NCBI GenBank assembly: GCA_000004695.1
Contig: CM000154.2
Coordinates: forward strand, 2,816,001-2,880,000
DNA: 64,000 nucleotides
Reading direction: 5' to 3'
Source of the DNA: Dictyostelium discoideum
Lineage: Eukaryota
The position numbers were made by a program, and so were the translations under genes. Shown piece after piece: positions 37,311 through 50,948 of this stretch (the first letter of the stretch is position 1; each line of letters opens with the position of its first letter). The notes beneath the pieces were generated by a model, which worked only from the letters and a program-made list of their open reading frames with translations, was not told the DNA's origin and did not search any database.

Positions 37311-38886
37311 GCAATAATAATGAAATTAATAATAATCCAAATTCAATTTTAAATAAAATTTCAAATATTTCACAAAGTTTACAAAATTTACCAAAATCAG
37401 CAAATAATTCATCAACAAACTTAACTGGACAATCACCAAATCAAAAGGAGAGACAGCAACAACAGCAACAACAACAACAACAACAACAACAACAAGCAAT
37501 AGTTAGTAATAATGGTACAATTGGTTTTGATGTTTCAGATAATTTAAGTAATTCAAGTAGTACAATTAATAATTCATTAATGAGAAAGAGTAAAGGTGAT
37601 TTTAGTAGATTATTAAAGGAGAATGAAATTTACTCATATGAGCATTTCCTAAGCAAATTAGAGAATACATTACCAATAAAATCATCAATCGATAGTTTTA
37701 TACGTACACTAAAGAATAGAAAGGTGGCCAATGACGATTTGCGTGAGGCGTTATTGGATTTCGTTGATAATATGCAAAATACATTAACATTGGATCCACA
37801 ATGGTCGCAATCGTCAGAGGAGGAATTAAACTATTCATCACATCATTTACAACAATACGTTTTGGAGAAAATCTATGATTATGTATTTCAACCAAGTGAA
37901 GAAGAGGCTAAGAAAGATCAAGATCTATCAATGCTCATTGATAAACTATCATTCATAACATTGGAGCATATGGAAATACCAATCTATGGGTTCAGTGAAG
38001 CAATGTGGTATAAGGCTGGTAAATATTTATTAAAAATTAATTTCACACAATCTTGTAGACATAAAGTTATGTACATTATGAAATGTTGTAAAACTATTCT
38101 CAAACATTTTTCAACTCATTTAAAAGAATTATCTGGTGCTGATTTCCTTTTACCAAATTTAATTTGGGTTTTATTAAAAACTAATCCACCATTTTTACAT
38201 TCAAATGTTATGTAAGTTTAATTTTTTTTAAAAAAAAAAAACAATCCAATTTATTAATACACATATATATACAATTTTTATTATATATAGATTTATAAGT
38301 AAATTTTCAGATTCATCAGATTCAGAAGCAATTTATTATCTTACTCAATTAATATCTGCAATTTATTTTATTGAAAATTTAAAACCAGAATTATTAAAAA
38401 TTGATAAAAAAGAATATTATAAATTAATGGGTACATCTTCACCAATAATATCAAGATCACCTTCATTACAATCATTAAATAATAATAATAATAATAATAA
38501 TGGTAATAATAATAATAATGGTAATAATACTACTACTACAACAACAACAACAACAATAACAACCACAAATAATAATAATAATAATAATAGTATTGAAGCA
38601 TCACCAAGTATAAAAGCAAATAATTTAACATCTTGTTTAATTGCAAATGATAATGCATTGGCAACATTGGTTGAAATGTTTCCAGATTGTGATACTCAAT
38701 ATTTAGTAGAATGTATAAATTACATTGAGTCAAGATCACCATCAACAATCTCACAACATGATTTAGTATTTAGAGTTACAAATTTAATAGCAGAGTTACA
38801 AGGTTATTGGACACCTTCTCCAAAAACAAAATCAAGCTCAACTCCAAATTCAAAACTTCATCATCATCATCAACAACAACACCACC

Positions 38887-38960
<74 letters not shown>

Positions 38961-39530
38961 TCAACAATTAATGAAAGTAACTTTGTAAATGAAAATAATG
39001 AATTTGGTAGTATTCAAGAAGAAGAGGAGGAGGATGAATTAATTAATAATAATGGTAGTGATGATTCAAATGGTAGTGAAGTTGTTGAAAATATAATTGA
39101 ATCAATAATGAATGAATCAAATAAATTAATTGTAAATAGTAATAGTTATATTCAACCAAAACAACAACAACAATCACAACCAAAACAACAACAACAGCCA
39201 AATAATCAACAAATTGAAATTCAAAAATTACAAAATTTAATTGATAAAAGAGATGATGATATCTCTAAATTACAACAAAAACAAAAACAAGATCAAACGG
39301 AAATTTTCGAATTGAAAAAGAACCTCCAGATTAGAAATAAAGAAAATAGATCTTTTAACAATTTTGTAAATTCATTAAAACCATCACCTGCAACTTATCA
39401 TCAAACTAAAATTGATGAATTAAAAGTAACTGAAGTACCAATGTTACTACAAGAATATAAACAAATTATTAATCAACTTAAAGCAACCCAAGATGCTTTA
39501 AAAAAATTACAACAACAACAACAACTATAA
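35858..39530 (+). CDS. Vps9-domain Rab5-GEF-like protein with a CUE domain and a ~750-aa N/Q/T/S/D low-complexity N-terminus, ~1197 aa
   Basis: join(35858..38211, 38291..39530). Donor GTAAGT at 38212, acceptor TATATAG at 38290, phase 2. The splice gives ...GADFLLPNLIWVLLKTNPPFLHSNV|IFISKFSDSSDSEAIYYLTQLISAIYFIEN, the VPS9 catalytic-core signature (cf. GADxxLPxLIYVxxKAnPPxLxSNIQYIxRF...GExxYyLTxLxxAxxFIE). The CUE motif is LATLVEMFPDCDTQYLVECINYIESRSP. A C-terminal coiled coil is present. Confidence 0.75.
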
Positions 39531-39550
39531 CAACAATAATAATTCCAAAG

Positions 39551-39589
<39 letters not shown>

Positions 39590-40145
39590 AAACCCTAGAA
39601 AATATTTAAATTATTCAAATAAAAAAACAATTATAAAATATTTTAAAAAAATCAATTTTTTATTATTTGGGTGTATTGTTTTAAAATTAAACTAAAAATA
39701 ATCATAATTATAATAAAGGTTTTAAAATATCCAAAAAGGGTTTTTTAGAAATACCAACAACCAATGAATTAATTTTGATTTAAACTTAAAATAAAACGAA
39801 AATATTTGAAATTGAATTCGTTTTTATCATTATTATAATAGGAGGACAAAAGATTTAAAAAGCATGCAAAGATTGATCCAGATATTTCATATTTTTATAA
39901 TTTTATTTTTTTTTTTAAAATTATTTTTATTTTTAAAAAGAGGTATAAAAAAAATTTTTTTTTTTATTTTTTTATTTTATTTTATTAACCACCATCTTTA
40001 TTATTATTATTATAATACACAGAAAGTATGAAGTAATTTTTTTTTTTTTTTTTTATTATTATTATTTTAATTTTAATTTTTTTTTTTTTACTAATTAATA
40101 TATTTTTTTTTTTTCTTTAATTATTTAATTACCCAATAAATAGAA

Positions 40146-40481
40146 ATGAAGTCAATTTTATTACTAGTAGCCCTTATCGCAATGTTATTCGTTTCAACTG
40201 GCCAAGCTGGAGTATGATGATGATGATGTTGTTTTTGTTTAGTTAAATGATAGTACATGTACTAACCACCATTTTTATTTTTTTTTTTTAATTTTTTACA
40301 GTTTTGTAATATCATTGGGCCATGCCCAACTGGACAATGTTGCACCAGTGTTCTTTTTGGATATTGTCAGCCATTAGGTGTTTTAGGTGGTCCATGTAAC
40401 ACAAAAACTGATAGTGAACATTTCTGTGGTTGCGAAAAAGGTTTAAAATGCGTTGACAGTGTTTGTAAAGCTTCTTCTTAA
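40146..40481 (+). CDS. Small secreted cysteine-rich protein, 81 aa (signal peptide + 10-Cys mature domain), 2 exons, not in the ORF track
   Basis: join(40146..40211, 40302..40481). Exon 1 MKSILLLVALIAMLFVSTGQAG ends at GTATGA; acceptor TTTTTTACAG. Exon 2 FCNIIGPCPTGQCCTSVLFGYCQPLGVLGGPCNTKTDSEHFCGCEKGLKCVDSVCKASS*. Cys spacing: C-x5-C-x5-CC-x8-C-x10-C-x9-C-x-C-x5-C-x5-C. Confidence 0.55.
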
Positions 40482-40799
40482 AAATAAAAAATAATATTTT
40501 AAAAAATTAATCTATTTTTATTTTTATTATTTTTTTTTTATTTTTTTATTTTTTTTGGTATTACTTTATTGTGGTTTTCCCAATATAATATATAGTAAAT
40601 TTGGAAATTGAATAATTTTAATACATTATCTGGAAATAAAAAAAATAAAAAAAAAAACCTTTCAAAAATGAAAATGTTTTTTATTGTTCATTTTTTGTAA
40701 CAAATCAAAAAAAAAAAAAAAAAAAGAAGTTTTTACAAAAAAAGTTAATTATTTATAAAATTTTATAAAATAACTAAGGAAAAAAAAAAAAAAATTGAG

Positions 40800-40834
<35 letters not shown>

Positions 40835-40953
40835 AAAAAAAGAAATAAAAATAAATTATAAAAATGTTCTTTCGTTTTAACCCCCAATAGTTCACAAACA
40901 TACCGATTTTTTTTATTTTAATTTTTTTCTCTAAAATTTTTTTTTTTTTTTTC

Positions 40954-40984
<31 letters not shown>

Positions 40985-41146
40985 ATTTTATTTTTCATTT
41001 TTTTTTTATTCTATTTTATATATTTTAATTTCATTTTTTTCATATTATCATTATTATTTTTATTTTAGAATTCAAAGAAAAAGAAGGGAAATAAAAAAAA
41101 TAAAAAAAATAGAAATATAGAAAATTAAATAAAAAAAAATAATAAA

Positions 41147-43666
41147 ATGTCAACAAAACCAACAATTAATAAAGATGAATTAGTTACATTATTCTCACAA
41201 ATTGGTTTAGATTCATCAAAAGCTAAAGAGACAACCAATAATGCAACTTTATCAAGCAATTTACAAGAGATCATTAAAGAAGCAGGTGCTGAAAGTGGTT
41301 GTGAAAAATCTGTTGGTTTATTATTATACACATTAGCAACTAAATATCCAGCCAATGCAATGAAACATCGTGCTACACTCGTTGACTATATTGCCAATAA
41401 GAAATCAGTAAACTCAATCAATTTGCAAGCATGTTTAGATTACCTCCGTCGTACTGCCAATGAGGAATTAAACGTAGCAGAATTTGAGCAATCATGTGGT
41501 GTTGGTGTTGTAATTACAAGAGAACAAGTCGCACAAGCCGTATCAGATTATATTAACAAAAATAAGAGTGACCTCTTGGAGAAACGTTATCAATTCAATA
41601 TTGGTGGTATTTTAATGGAGATTAAAAATAGTCTCAAATGGGCAAACGCAAAAGATATCAAAGAAGAAGTCGATGCTGCAATTCTTTCACTCTTAGGTCC
41701 AAAAACCGATGCTGATAAAGCACCACCAGCAAAACCAGTTAAACCAACCACTCCAACTGCTGTTGCCACCACCACTGCTGCCACCACCACCACTGGTGAT
41801 TTATCACCAATTATTCCAGCTGAATTAAAACCAGCCAAAGAAGAAATCAAATTCCCAGATCCAAGTGATAACATTCAAAACACACCAAAACTCTTGGCTG
41901 ATCATTTGAAAACCACAGGTGGTAAAATCGTTACTCGTTTCCCACCAGAACCAAATGGTTATCTCCACATTGGTCATGCTAAAGCAATGCACTTAAATTT
42001 TGGTTATGCTAAAAAGAATGGTGGTAAATGTTATCTTCGTTTCGATGATACAAATCCAGAAAAAGAAAATCAAGAATATATTGATTCAATTATTGATGTA
42101 TGTATTTATTTATAATACTATAAAAAAAAATATAAAATAATTTAATTAAAAAATATTTATTAATTAATTAATTATTATTAATTTTAGTCTGTTAAATGGT
42201 TAGGTCATGAACCTTGTGAAATTACATATTCATCATCACAATTTGATACACTTTATGAAATGGCAAATGAATTAATTAGAAGAGGTTACGCATATGTATG
42301 TCATCAAACAGCATCAGAAATTTCAGAAGGTAGAGAGAAAATGACAGATTCACCATACAGAAATAGAACAGTCGAAGAGAATCTTAAATTATTTGAAGAT
42401 ATGAGATTAGGTAAATTTGAAGAAGGTAAAGCCATCCTTAGAATGAAAGGTGATATGAAACATCCAAATCCATGTATGAGAGATTTAATTGCTTATCGTA
42501 TCAAATATCATCATCATCCAATGAGTGGTGATAAATGGTGTATCTATCCATCCTATGATTACACTCATTGTTTAGTCGATTCAATTGAAAATATCACTCA
42601 TTCACTCTGTACTTTGGAATTTGAAATTAGACGTTTAACTTATAATTGGTTAATTGATGTACTCGGACTCTATAGACCAGTAGTTTGGGAATATGCAAGA
42701 TTAAATTTAACTCATACAGTTTTATCAAAAAGAAAGATTATTACTTTAGTTCAAAATAGTAAGTTAATTAATTAATAATTAATTAATAATTATTAATATA
42801 AATATTAACATATATTTTATTTTTATTTTTATTTTAAAAAAAAAAAAGAAATTGTAAATGGTTGGGATGATCCAAGATTAAGTACATTAAATGCATTCCG
42901 TAGAAAAGGTTATACACCAGAAGCAATTAATTTATTATGTGATACAATTGGTGTAACACGTACTAATGGTACAACCATTTCATATGAATTATTAGAGTTA
43001 TGTTGTCGTCAAGATCTTGATGGTAAGGCAACTCGTGCAATGGCAGTTTTCGATCCAATCAAAGTTGTCATCACCAATTATCCAGAAGATAAGAGTGAAG
43101 AGATCAATGCACCAAATATTCCATCAAAACCAGAGAAAGGAACTCACAAAATCGATTTCTCACGTATTGTTTACATTGAGAGAAGTGATTTCCGTATGGA
43201 GGATAATAAAGATTTCTTTGGTTTAGCACCAGGTAAAGAGATTCTCCTCAAATATGCTTACAATATCAAATGTGAAAAAGTTATTCAAGATGCCGATGGT
43301 AAAGTCACTGAACTTCATGTAACCTACGATAAAGATAATAGCTCAAAGAAATTAAAGACCATTCATTGGGTTTCCTCTGTCGCTGGTACTGAACCAATGA
43401 AGGCCGAAGTTAGACTCTATGAACATCTCTTTAAGGATTCAGAAATCGGTGATGATTGGTTAAACAATATCAATCCAAATTCATTACGTATCATTCCAAA
43501 CGCCTTCATCGATAAAACTGTATTGGCTTCAAAAGAATATGATCGTTATCAATTTGAAAGAGTTGGCTACTTTGTTGTCGATAAAGATACTACCTCTGAT
43601 AAAATGGTTTTCAATAGAACAGTTTCATTAAAAGAAAATAAAGAAAAATCAAAATCAAGAAATTAA
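41147..43666 (+). CDS. glnS: Glutaminyl-tRNA synthetase (class I, with the eukaryote-specific N-terminal domain), 779 aa
   Basis: join(41147..42097, 42188..42758, 42849..43666). Donors GTATGT and GTAAGT. HIGH motif is [18 protein letters not shown]. Other matches: ...IIDSVKWLG..., ...[12 protein letters not shown]|[28 protein letters not shown] (cf. E. coli/human ...SKRKL..LV....V.GWDDPR.pTl.glRRRG). A C-terminal anticodon-binding beta-barrel region is present. Confidence 0.9.
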
Positions 43667-43868
43667 ATTAATTTAAAAAAAAAAAAAAATAATAAAATAA
43701 AAACAAAGTAAATAATAATAATAATATCTTTTTTTATTATTATTCAATTCAATTTAAAAAAAAAAGAAAAAAAATAATAATAACAAAGAAACTTGATATT
43801 TTATTCTGTACATATTTTTATTTATTTTCGATTGTATAGTATTTTTTTTTTTTTTTTTCTTCTTATTT

Positions 43869-44068
43869 TTAATATGGATTATCAATTGGCTCACAACCTT
43901 CAGTTGGACAAACCATCATAACACTGCTACCTCTACAAACAACTAAACCTAAAAATCTTTTTTCATCTGTTGTAATTAATGGATCTTCTGCATCTCTTAT
44001 AAATTCTTGAGTTTGATCTAATGTAATATTAACTAATTGGTCATATCCTTTTAAAATACCTTGAACTA

Positions 44069-44121
<53 letters not shown>

Positions 44122-44286
44122 TTAATAGTGAGTATTAGGTGACTTATTAATTATTATTATATTTTTTATCAATAAAATAGTAATATTACCTTCACGACCA
44201 CCTGTAAATTTTACACAAATTTCTTTACCTAAAAATTTTTGGAGATCTAAAATTGATTCTTTTTTTGGGTTGAATGAAGATGTCAT
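43869..44286 (-). CDS. lsm7: Sm-like protein LSm7, 97 aa
   Basis: join(complement 44190..44286, 43869..44065). Donor GTAATA; acceptor ATATAG after an (ATT)n intron, phase 1. MTSSFNPKKESILDLQKFLGKEICVKFTGGRE|VQGILKGYDQLVNITLDQTQEFIRDAEDPLITTDEKRFLGLVVCRGSSVMMVCP... parallels human LSM7 (KKESILDLSKYIDKTIRVKFQGGREASGILKGFDPLLNLVLDGT...QLGLVVCRGTSVVLICP). Confidence 0.8.
44074..44121. repeat. (ATT)16 microsatellite inside the LSm7 intron
   Basis: ttattattattattattattattattattattattattattattatt between the exon-1 donor (44189) and the exon-2 acceptor (44066). Confidence 0.8.
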
Positions 44287-44310
44287 TTTTTATATTTGTA
44301 TATTTCCCCT

Positions 44311-44344
<34 letters not shown>

Positions 44345-44522
44345 CCTTGTATGTGTGGTATCTTGATTAATTAATTATAATCTTGTTTTTATTTTTTTTG
44401 TTGGTGAGGAAAAAAAGAATTGAAATGAAAAAAAAAAAAAAAGACTAAATATAATTGATCAATTTGTTATGAATTTTTTTTTTTTTTTTTTTTTATTTTT
44501 TCATTTTCAAAAAATAAAAAAA

Positions 44523-44564
<42 letters not shown>

Positions 44565-44681
44565 TTAGTCGTTGTTGTAATTTCATAAACATATATAAAA
44601 ATAACTTTAAAATTTTTTTTTTGTACAGTTTTTTTTTTTTTTTTTTTTTTTGTATTAATATTTAGAAATTATATATACAGT

Positions 44682-46469
44682 ATGGATTTATTAACAGCAT
44701 ACGATGACTCTGATGAAGAAGAGTTAACAAATACAAATACAAATACAAATACGAATACAACCACAACCACAACAACAACAACTACAACTACAACAGAAAC
44801 TACACCAACAATAAATAACAACAACAACAACAACAATAATAATAGTAATAAAACTATAACATCATTTAAACCAAGTAATTTAGCACCAATAGTAACATCA
44901 ATAAGAGTTGTAGAAAATAAAATTAATCCAAATGATAAGATATTATTATATAATCCAACAGTGGAAAGTTTAGAAGGTGATATATTTGGACCAAAGAAAC
45001 CATTTTCATCAAATGATAAAAAATTAGATCCTAAATTTAAAAATCATACAAATGGTTTGGTTGAAGATTATCATATAAATGATTATGCATTCAATCAACA
45101 GGTATTATCATTTAAAACTAATGGTTATTCAGAGAATCCAAATAATAGTACAGAGTTTATTGGTCATAGAAAAGATGAAAATGATCATACCAAAAAGAAT
45201 AATAATAATAATAAAAATAAAGATAAAAGAAAAAGAAATATAACAGATGATCCATCAAATGTTAATGGATATTTAGGACCATGGGGCACCACTAAAGCAG
45301 AATTAGATTTTAAACAAGGTAGAGAGAATGATATGGTTTCAATTGAAACTGATTTAACTGAACAACAAAGAGCATTTATGGATTCACGTGTTAAAAAACA
45401 AAAAGGTAAAGATGAAGAAGGTGGTGATATTGATTCAACTGCGGCAGCTTTATCAAATACATCAATATTTCATGGTAAATCAAAGAAGGATTATATGGGT
45501 AGATCTTGGGTTGACCCACCAAGTGATCTTAGATTGGTCACACCTGATACATTTGTACCAAAGAAATTGATTCATAATTATACTGGCCATACCAAAGGTG
45601 TTGCTGCTATTAGATATATACCAAAGTATGGTCATTTATTATTATCAGCTGGTATGGATAATACTGTAAAGATTTGGGATGCCTATGGCGACCGTCGTTG
45701 TATTCAAACCTATATGGGCCATTCACAGGCAGTTAGGGATATTTGTTTCTCAAATGATGGTCGTAGATTCCTAAGTTGTGGATATGATCGTCAGACTCGT
45801 CTTTGGGATACAGAGACTGGTAAGATACTAAGTTCATTCACAAATGGTAAAATACCCTATTGTATCAAATTCAATCCAGATGATGATAAACAAGAACAAT
45901 TCCTTTGTGGTGGTTCCGATAAGAAAATCATTCAATGGGATATCAAATCCAATCAAATCGTTCAAGAGTATGATCAACATTTAGGCGCTGTCAATACAAT
46001 TACCTTCTTGGATGACAATCGTAGATTCGTCACCTCTAGTGATGATAAATCATTACGTGTTTGGGATTGGGGTATTCCAGTGGTCATTAAATATATTAGT
46101 GATCCTTCAATGCATAGTATGCCTGCCGTTGCATTACATCCAAAGGGTAAATGGTTCGCAGCTCAATCTTTAGATAATCAAATCTTAATCTATAGTGCTC
46201 GTGATAGATTCCGTATGAATAAAAAGAAACGTTTCTTGGGTCATAATGTTTCTGGTTACGCTTGTCAATTAGGTTTCTCTCCTGATGGTAAATTCATTTA
46301 TTCGGGTGATTCAACTGGTAAAGCTTTCTTTTGGGATTGGAAAACTTCAAAAATCATTAAAACAATTAATGCTCATAATAATGTTTGTATTGGTATTGAA
46401 TGGGCTCCCTTAGAACCTTCAAAAGTTGCAACTTGTAGTTGGAATAATGAAATTAAACTGTGGGATTAA
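44682..46469 (+). CDS. Pre-mRNA splicing factor PRP17/CDC40 (WD40 repeats), 595 aa, single exon
   Basis: The C-terminal ~310 aa align nearly residue for residue with human CDC40. Ours: HTKGVAAIRYIPKYGHLLLSAGMDNTVKIWDAYGDRRCIQTYMGHSQAVRDICF...DKSLRVWDWGIPV...SMHSMPAVALHP...NQILIY...KLWD*. Human: [54 protein letters not shown]...DKSLRVWEWDIPV...SMHSMPAVTLSP.... The N-terminus has (ACAAAT)n/(ACA)n-encoded TNTNTN/Tn tracts. Confidence 0.9.
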   Translation: MDLLTAYDDSDEEELTNTNTNTNTNTTTTTTTTTTTTTETTPTINNNNNNNNNNSNKTITSFKPSNLAPIVTSIRVVENKINPNDKILLYNPTVESLEGDIFGPKKPFSSNDKKLDPKFKNHTNGLVEDYHINDYAFNQQVLSFKTNGYSENPNNSTEFIGHRKDENDHTKKNNNNNKNKDKRKRNITDDPSNVNGYLGPWGTTKAELDFKQGRENDMVSIETDLTEQQRAFMDSRVKKQKGKDEEGGDIDSTAAALSNTSIFHGKSKKDYMGRSWVDPPSDLRLVTPDTFVPKKLIHNYTGHTKGVAAIRYIPKYGHLLLSAGMDNTVKIWDAYGDRRCIQTYMGHSQAVRDICFSNDGRRFLSCGYDRQTRLWDTETGKILSSFTNGKIPYCIKFNPDDDKQEQFLCGGSDKKIIQWDIKSNQIVQEYDQHLGAVNTITFLDDNRRFVTSSDDKSLRVWDWGIPVVIKYISDPSMHSMPAVALHPKGKWFAAQSLDNQILIYSARDRFRMNKKKRFLGHNVSGYACQLGFSPDGKFIYSGDSTGKAFFWDWKTSKIIKTINAHNNVCIGIEWAPLEPSKVATCSWNNEIKLWD

Positions 46470-46638
46470 AAATAATTATAATAATAATATTAATAATAAT
46501 AAAAAAAAAAAAAAAACTAGATAGAAATTATTTTATTTATTTTGTTTTATTTATTTTTATTTGTTTTTTTATTTATTTTATTTCATTTATTTTATTTTAT
46601 TTATTTGTTTTATTATTATTTTTTAATTATTATGATTT

Positions 46639-49600
46639 TTATTTTTTTTGGTTATTGTTACCCATTTCATCATCGTCATTGTTATCCATTTCATCATCAT
46701 CATTGTTATCCATTTCTTCATCATAGAAGTCATCCTCCTCATCATTTCCACCCTTGGGTACAACAAAAAATTCATCTTCACTTTGTTCATCACTATCATC
46801 ATTATTATCATCATGATTATCTTTGTTGTTGTCTTGATCAGAGTTTTGAATTGATTGATTTGAATTATTATTTATTTGATTTGATTTATATATATGATCA
46901 AAATCAATTGTTGTGTGTATTAAAAATTTTTCCCAAGTATTATCTTTTGCTAAAACCTTATAGGTACCAATAACGTATAAACCTAACTTGGCTCTTGTTA
47001 GTGCTACATTGATACGTCTACGATCTGAGAGGAAACCAATACCAAATTTTTCGATTGATCTTACACATGACATAATGATGATATCTTTTTCTGAACCTTG
47101 AACACCATCAATTGTTGAAACTGAAATATTTAAATTATGATGTTCAGATCTATTTAGTTGTTCTTTGATTTGATTCATTTGTAATTTATAGGGAGTAATT
47201 ATACCAAATGATAGCTTTTTACATTCTGGATATTTTTCAATTAGTTCCTTTATTAAAGTAAATACCTTATCAATTTCATCTTGATTCATTATGGATTTTT
47301 TAATAACTTTTTGATTTGATTTTGGTAAATCAAAAAATTTCATCGGTCCAAATGAAGGATCGAAATGGAATTTACAATTGTTATAGGAATCTATTGAAAC
47401 GTTTTCACCATCTTTTAAAGTTCCGTTATAGAATTCTTCAGATATGAATTTTGATGTCACTGGATGCATACGATATTGTGTATTTAAAAATTGGACATCG
47501 ATCGATTTGGCTAATCTTTCAAATAATGATATTTTTAAACCACAGTCAGCACCTTGTTTGGAAAAAATAGTTGGTGGCAATTGAACTGGATCACCAACTA
47601 AAATTAACTTTTTAACAGAACCTAATGATAGTGGAATAATTGAGGTTGGTTCTGAAGATTGCGTAGATTCATCAATCAAAACAATATCTGGAGAAAAGTT
47701 TTCAAAAATAGCCTTTGAACCACTTCCAGCTAAAGTTGAGAAAACAATAGACGCTGATTTGATGAGGTTAATTCTTCTTGATGAATTTTTATTTTTAAGA
47801 GAAATTTTTTGACATTCTGGTGATATTTTTTCTTTTCTGCCAGTTCTAACCATGTTTGGTTTAAATATTTGACCATCACTATTTAATAGATTTTTTAAAC
47901 ATCTTTTTGCAACTTCATCTACTGATGCATGTGAAGGACCACATACCAAAATTTTGAACTTTTTGTCAATAGCTAATAAAACTGAAAGTAAATAATTGAT
48001 GGTTGTGGTTTTACCTGTACCTGGTGGACCTTGAATCAATGTTATACCACTCTCAACTAAAGATGATTTAATAGCATTAAGTTGTGATTCATTTAATTTT
48101 TCTTTACAAATTGTTTCCAAGGTTGGTGGGAATTTCATCATTTTTTGGTTCAAATTATTATTGCACCCTGGATTAAAAATAAGATTTTTAATAAATGGTG
48201 ATGCCTTAAATTCTTGAATGCTTCTAATGAATGTTACACTATTTGAAATTTTATTATAATGAATTGATGATTGAGTACTTGAATTTAATGACTTAGTAAA
48301 AAAGTGTGTTGGATTTGAATATAACAAATCGCAAACTATTGATTGTTGATGTAGGCTACCTTGCATTAAATTTGAAGTTTTTCTTACTATTCCAAATGTA
48401 AATTTTGTGCCATCTAAGCCTATTACTTTGAATAATAATATATCACCTACTGAAATTTCTTCCAGTTTATTTCTATTACCATGAATGATTAGTTCAACAG
48501 TTATAAATTTAGTTTGACGACTTATTTGGACAACTTCAATTGCTTCATTCATTTTAATTTTATCGAAACCTTCAAAAGTTCCATCTTTTGCACTATTAAT
48601 CCCATTAAGTGCATTAATTCCATTTTCAACTTGAGCTCTAAAGTCATCGAAAATTAATGGTTTATTTACTATTTGGTATTCTTTTTCTCCTGTATAATTA
48701 TCTGATAATTCACCTATACCATTTGGTTTTAGCAATGGTATTTTCGAAGGTTCACAACTTAAAATTAGATTTAAAGTTTCATCTGGACTTATTGATATTA
48801 CATCAACATAACTGTATATGTAATCAGCCTTAATCTTTGTATTATTATTATTATTATCATTATTATTTGATTTTTTGGTTCCAATGCTATGGACAGATAT
48901 TGTTTCATTTTTAAATAATTGATGAATTTCAATAAATAATAATTCTAAAACAGTTTCTAATCTTTCAGATTCATTCAATTGAAAATTTGGAATCTTTATT
49001 ATTGGAGATATCTTTGATTGAAAATCTTGAATCATTGTAACTTTAGATTTCTCTAAACACCTTGGATCGAATTTAATTTTGTTTTTTGCTAATTCACTTT
49101 TTAAATCATTGAAGGTAGTTCTATTACCTTTTGTTAAATTCCTTAACTCTATATTCTGGTAGTGATGATTAAACTCTATTAAAGCCATTAATGTTAATGT
49201 TTTTTGATATATCAAATTGACAGAACTTTTACGACTTAAATTTTCAGAGGGAATCAATTGATTTAGAGTTCTATTACAATTATTAATCTGTTGTTCAAAT
49301 GATTTTGTATCTTCTTCAATGATCCTTTTTAATTTGTTTAATTTGTTTTGGTTATTGTTTTCATTCTTTAATAATTTATTCAATTCATTGAGAATAAAAA
49401 GAACACTCTTAGGATCTTCAAATATTTTCATTAATAAACTATTTTTTAAACTTTTTTCAATATCAATTGTACTAGCTATTGGATTTGATAATGTTTGTTT
49501 TGGAGTTGTTATCATATCTAGTTTTGGTAAAGCAATTGTAGCTGGTATTGAAGTTGGGACAGCCGCTGGTGTTGTTGTTAATGTTGGTACAACTTGGTTT

Positions 49601-50901
49601 GTAGTAGTAGTTGTATTTAAACTTGGAGTTGGTAACAATGGGACCAATTTTGGAAGTGATATATCTTTGAATAATTCATTAATATCTTTAAACTTTTTTA
49701 ATCTTATTGAGTTTTCCATATGAATAAATTCAACAATAATTCTAAAGAAAGAATTTTGGATTGAAGAAGCAATATTTCTATCTGTTACAAAAGGATCCAA
49801 TACGATCATAGTACTTTTTAGCAAATCTTCATTAACAAGGGATGATCTTTTAAGTAATGGGCCATTTTTACATAGTGTACCACCGCCACTTGAATGACTG
49901 ATTGAAATAATATTCTCCTTATAGTTGAAAATTGAATAGTAGTTAAAGAATAGGTAGAAAAGTTGATCAATTTTTAATTTATTTTTACTTGAATCAAACT
50001 TATCAAAACTTTTAAATTCATAAAATTCAAAAGAATCAATTCGTTTTAAAATTGGATTTGTTGAATAGCTATTTAATAGTTGAGGTGATTTAGTTTGTAA
50101 ATTTGGTAGAATTGGTGTACTAATCGATTGAAGGAAGTGAATTACCATATTAACCAAACAGAAGGAACTAAATGTATGTTTTGATGCGTCATTCAAATTT
50201 TTACAGCTTGCCCACCATTTAACCAATAATGATAGAATGATATATCTATTATCTATGGAACAATATTCTTTCAATAATAATGAATTAAAATAAGCCTTTG
50301 ATGAATTGCAGCTCATATCGAAATGATACTTTGATGATTTCTCTACAAACCTAATTATTGGTACAGTTGCACTTAATCTCTTTTCAATGATTGTGTATAA
50401 CTTTGTTGACTCTAAATATTTGGAAACCACCTCTAAATGAGTTACTTGATTTTCATTTTGATTGATTTTGAAATTAACATCTAAATCACTACCCTCTAAT
50501 GATAATCCAGTTAAAAATGAACCATAGAGTTGAATAGATGAATCCTTAAATTTATTTGATAAAAACATTTCCAATCTATTGAAACTTTTTTCCTTTTTAC
50601 TAACTCTTTTACATTTAATTTTGTTGAATAGGATAATAAGATCATGGGTTATAGCTTTTTGATGTTTTGGAATTTGATAATTTAAATAAAAATCTGGTAT
50701 ATATTCCTTTAAATAATATGCCATATTTAATATATTTTTTTTAAAATCATTACTATGATATCCTTCTTCAGTAGGTTGTTCTTTTCTAAAGGCCTCAAAT
50801 AGTTTTATTGGGTAATCATCACCAATATTTTTTCTACTCTCAGTTTTATTTTCATTAAATTCTTTGTAAATGTTGTTGAAAATTGTAATTTCATCATTAT
50901 T

Positions 50902-50948
<47 letters not shown>

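Noticed and set aside
36192-37314. Track ORFs 36192..36413(-), 36226..36726(-), 36275..36499(-), 37000..37314(-), 38536..38754(-) and 38776..38967(-), with poly-H/Y/L/I/V translations
   Set aside because: They are antisense or off-frame readings of the (AAT)n/(CAA)n/(ACA)n low-complexity tracts inside the Vps9-CUE gene. They have no start/splice context and have homopolymer-driven composition.
46460-46973. Plus-strand ORFs 46460..46726, 46542..46973, 46648..46854, 52183..52743, 52196..52585 and 52586..52792 (poly-F/I/H/Y)
   Set aside because: These are reverse-strand readings of the acidic/N-rich C-terminal tails of the two helicase genes and the AT-rich 3' flank.
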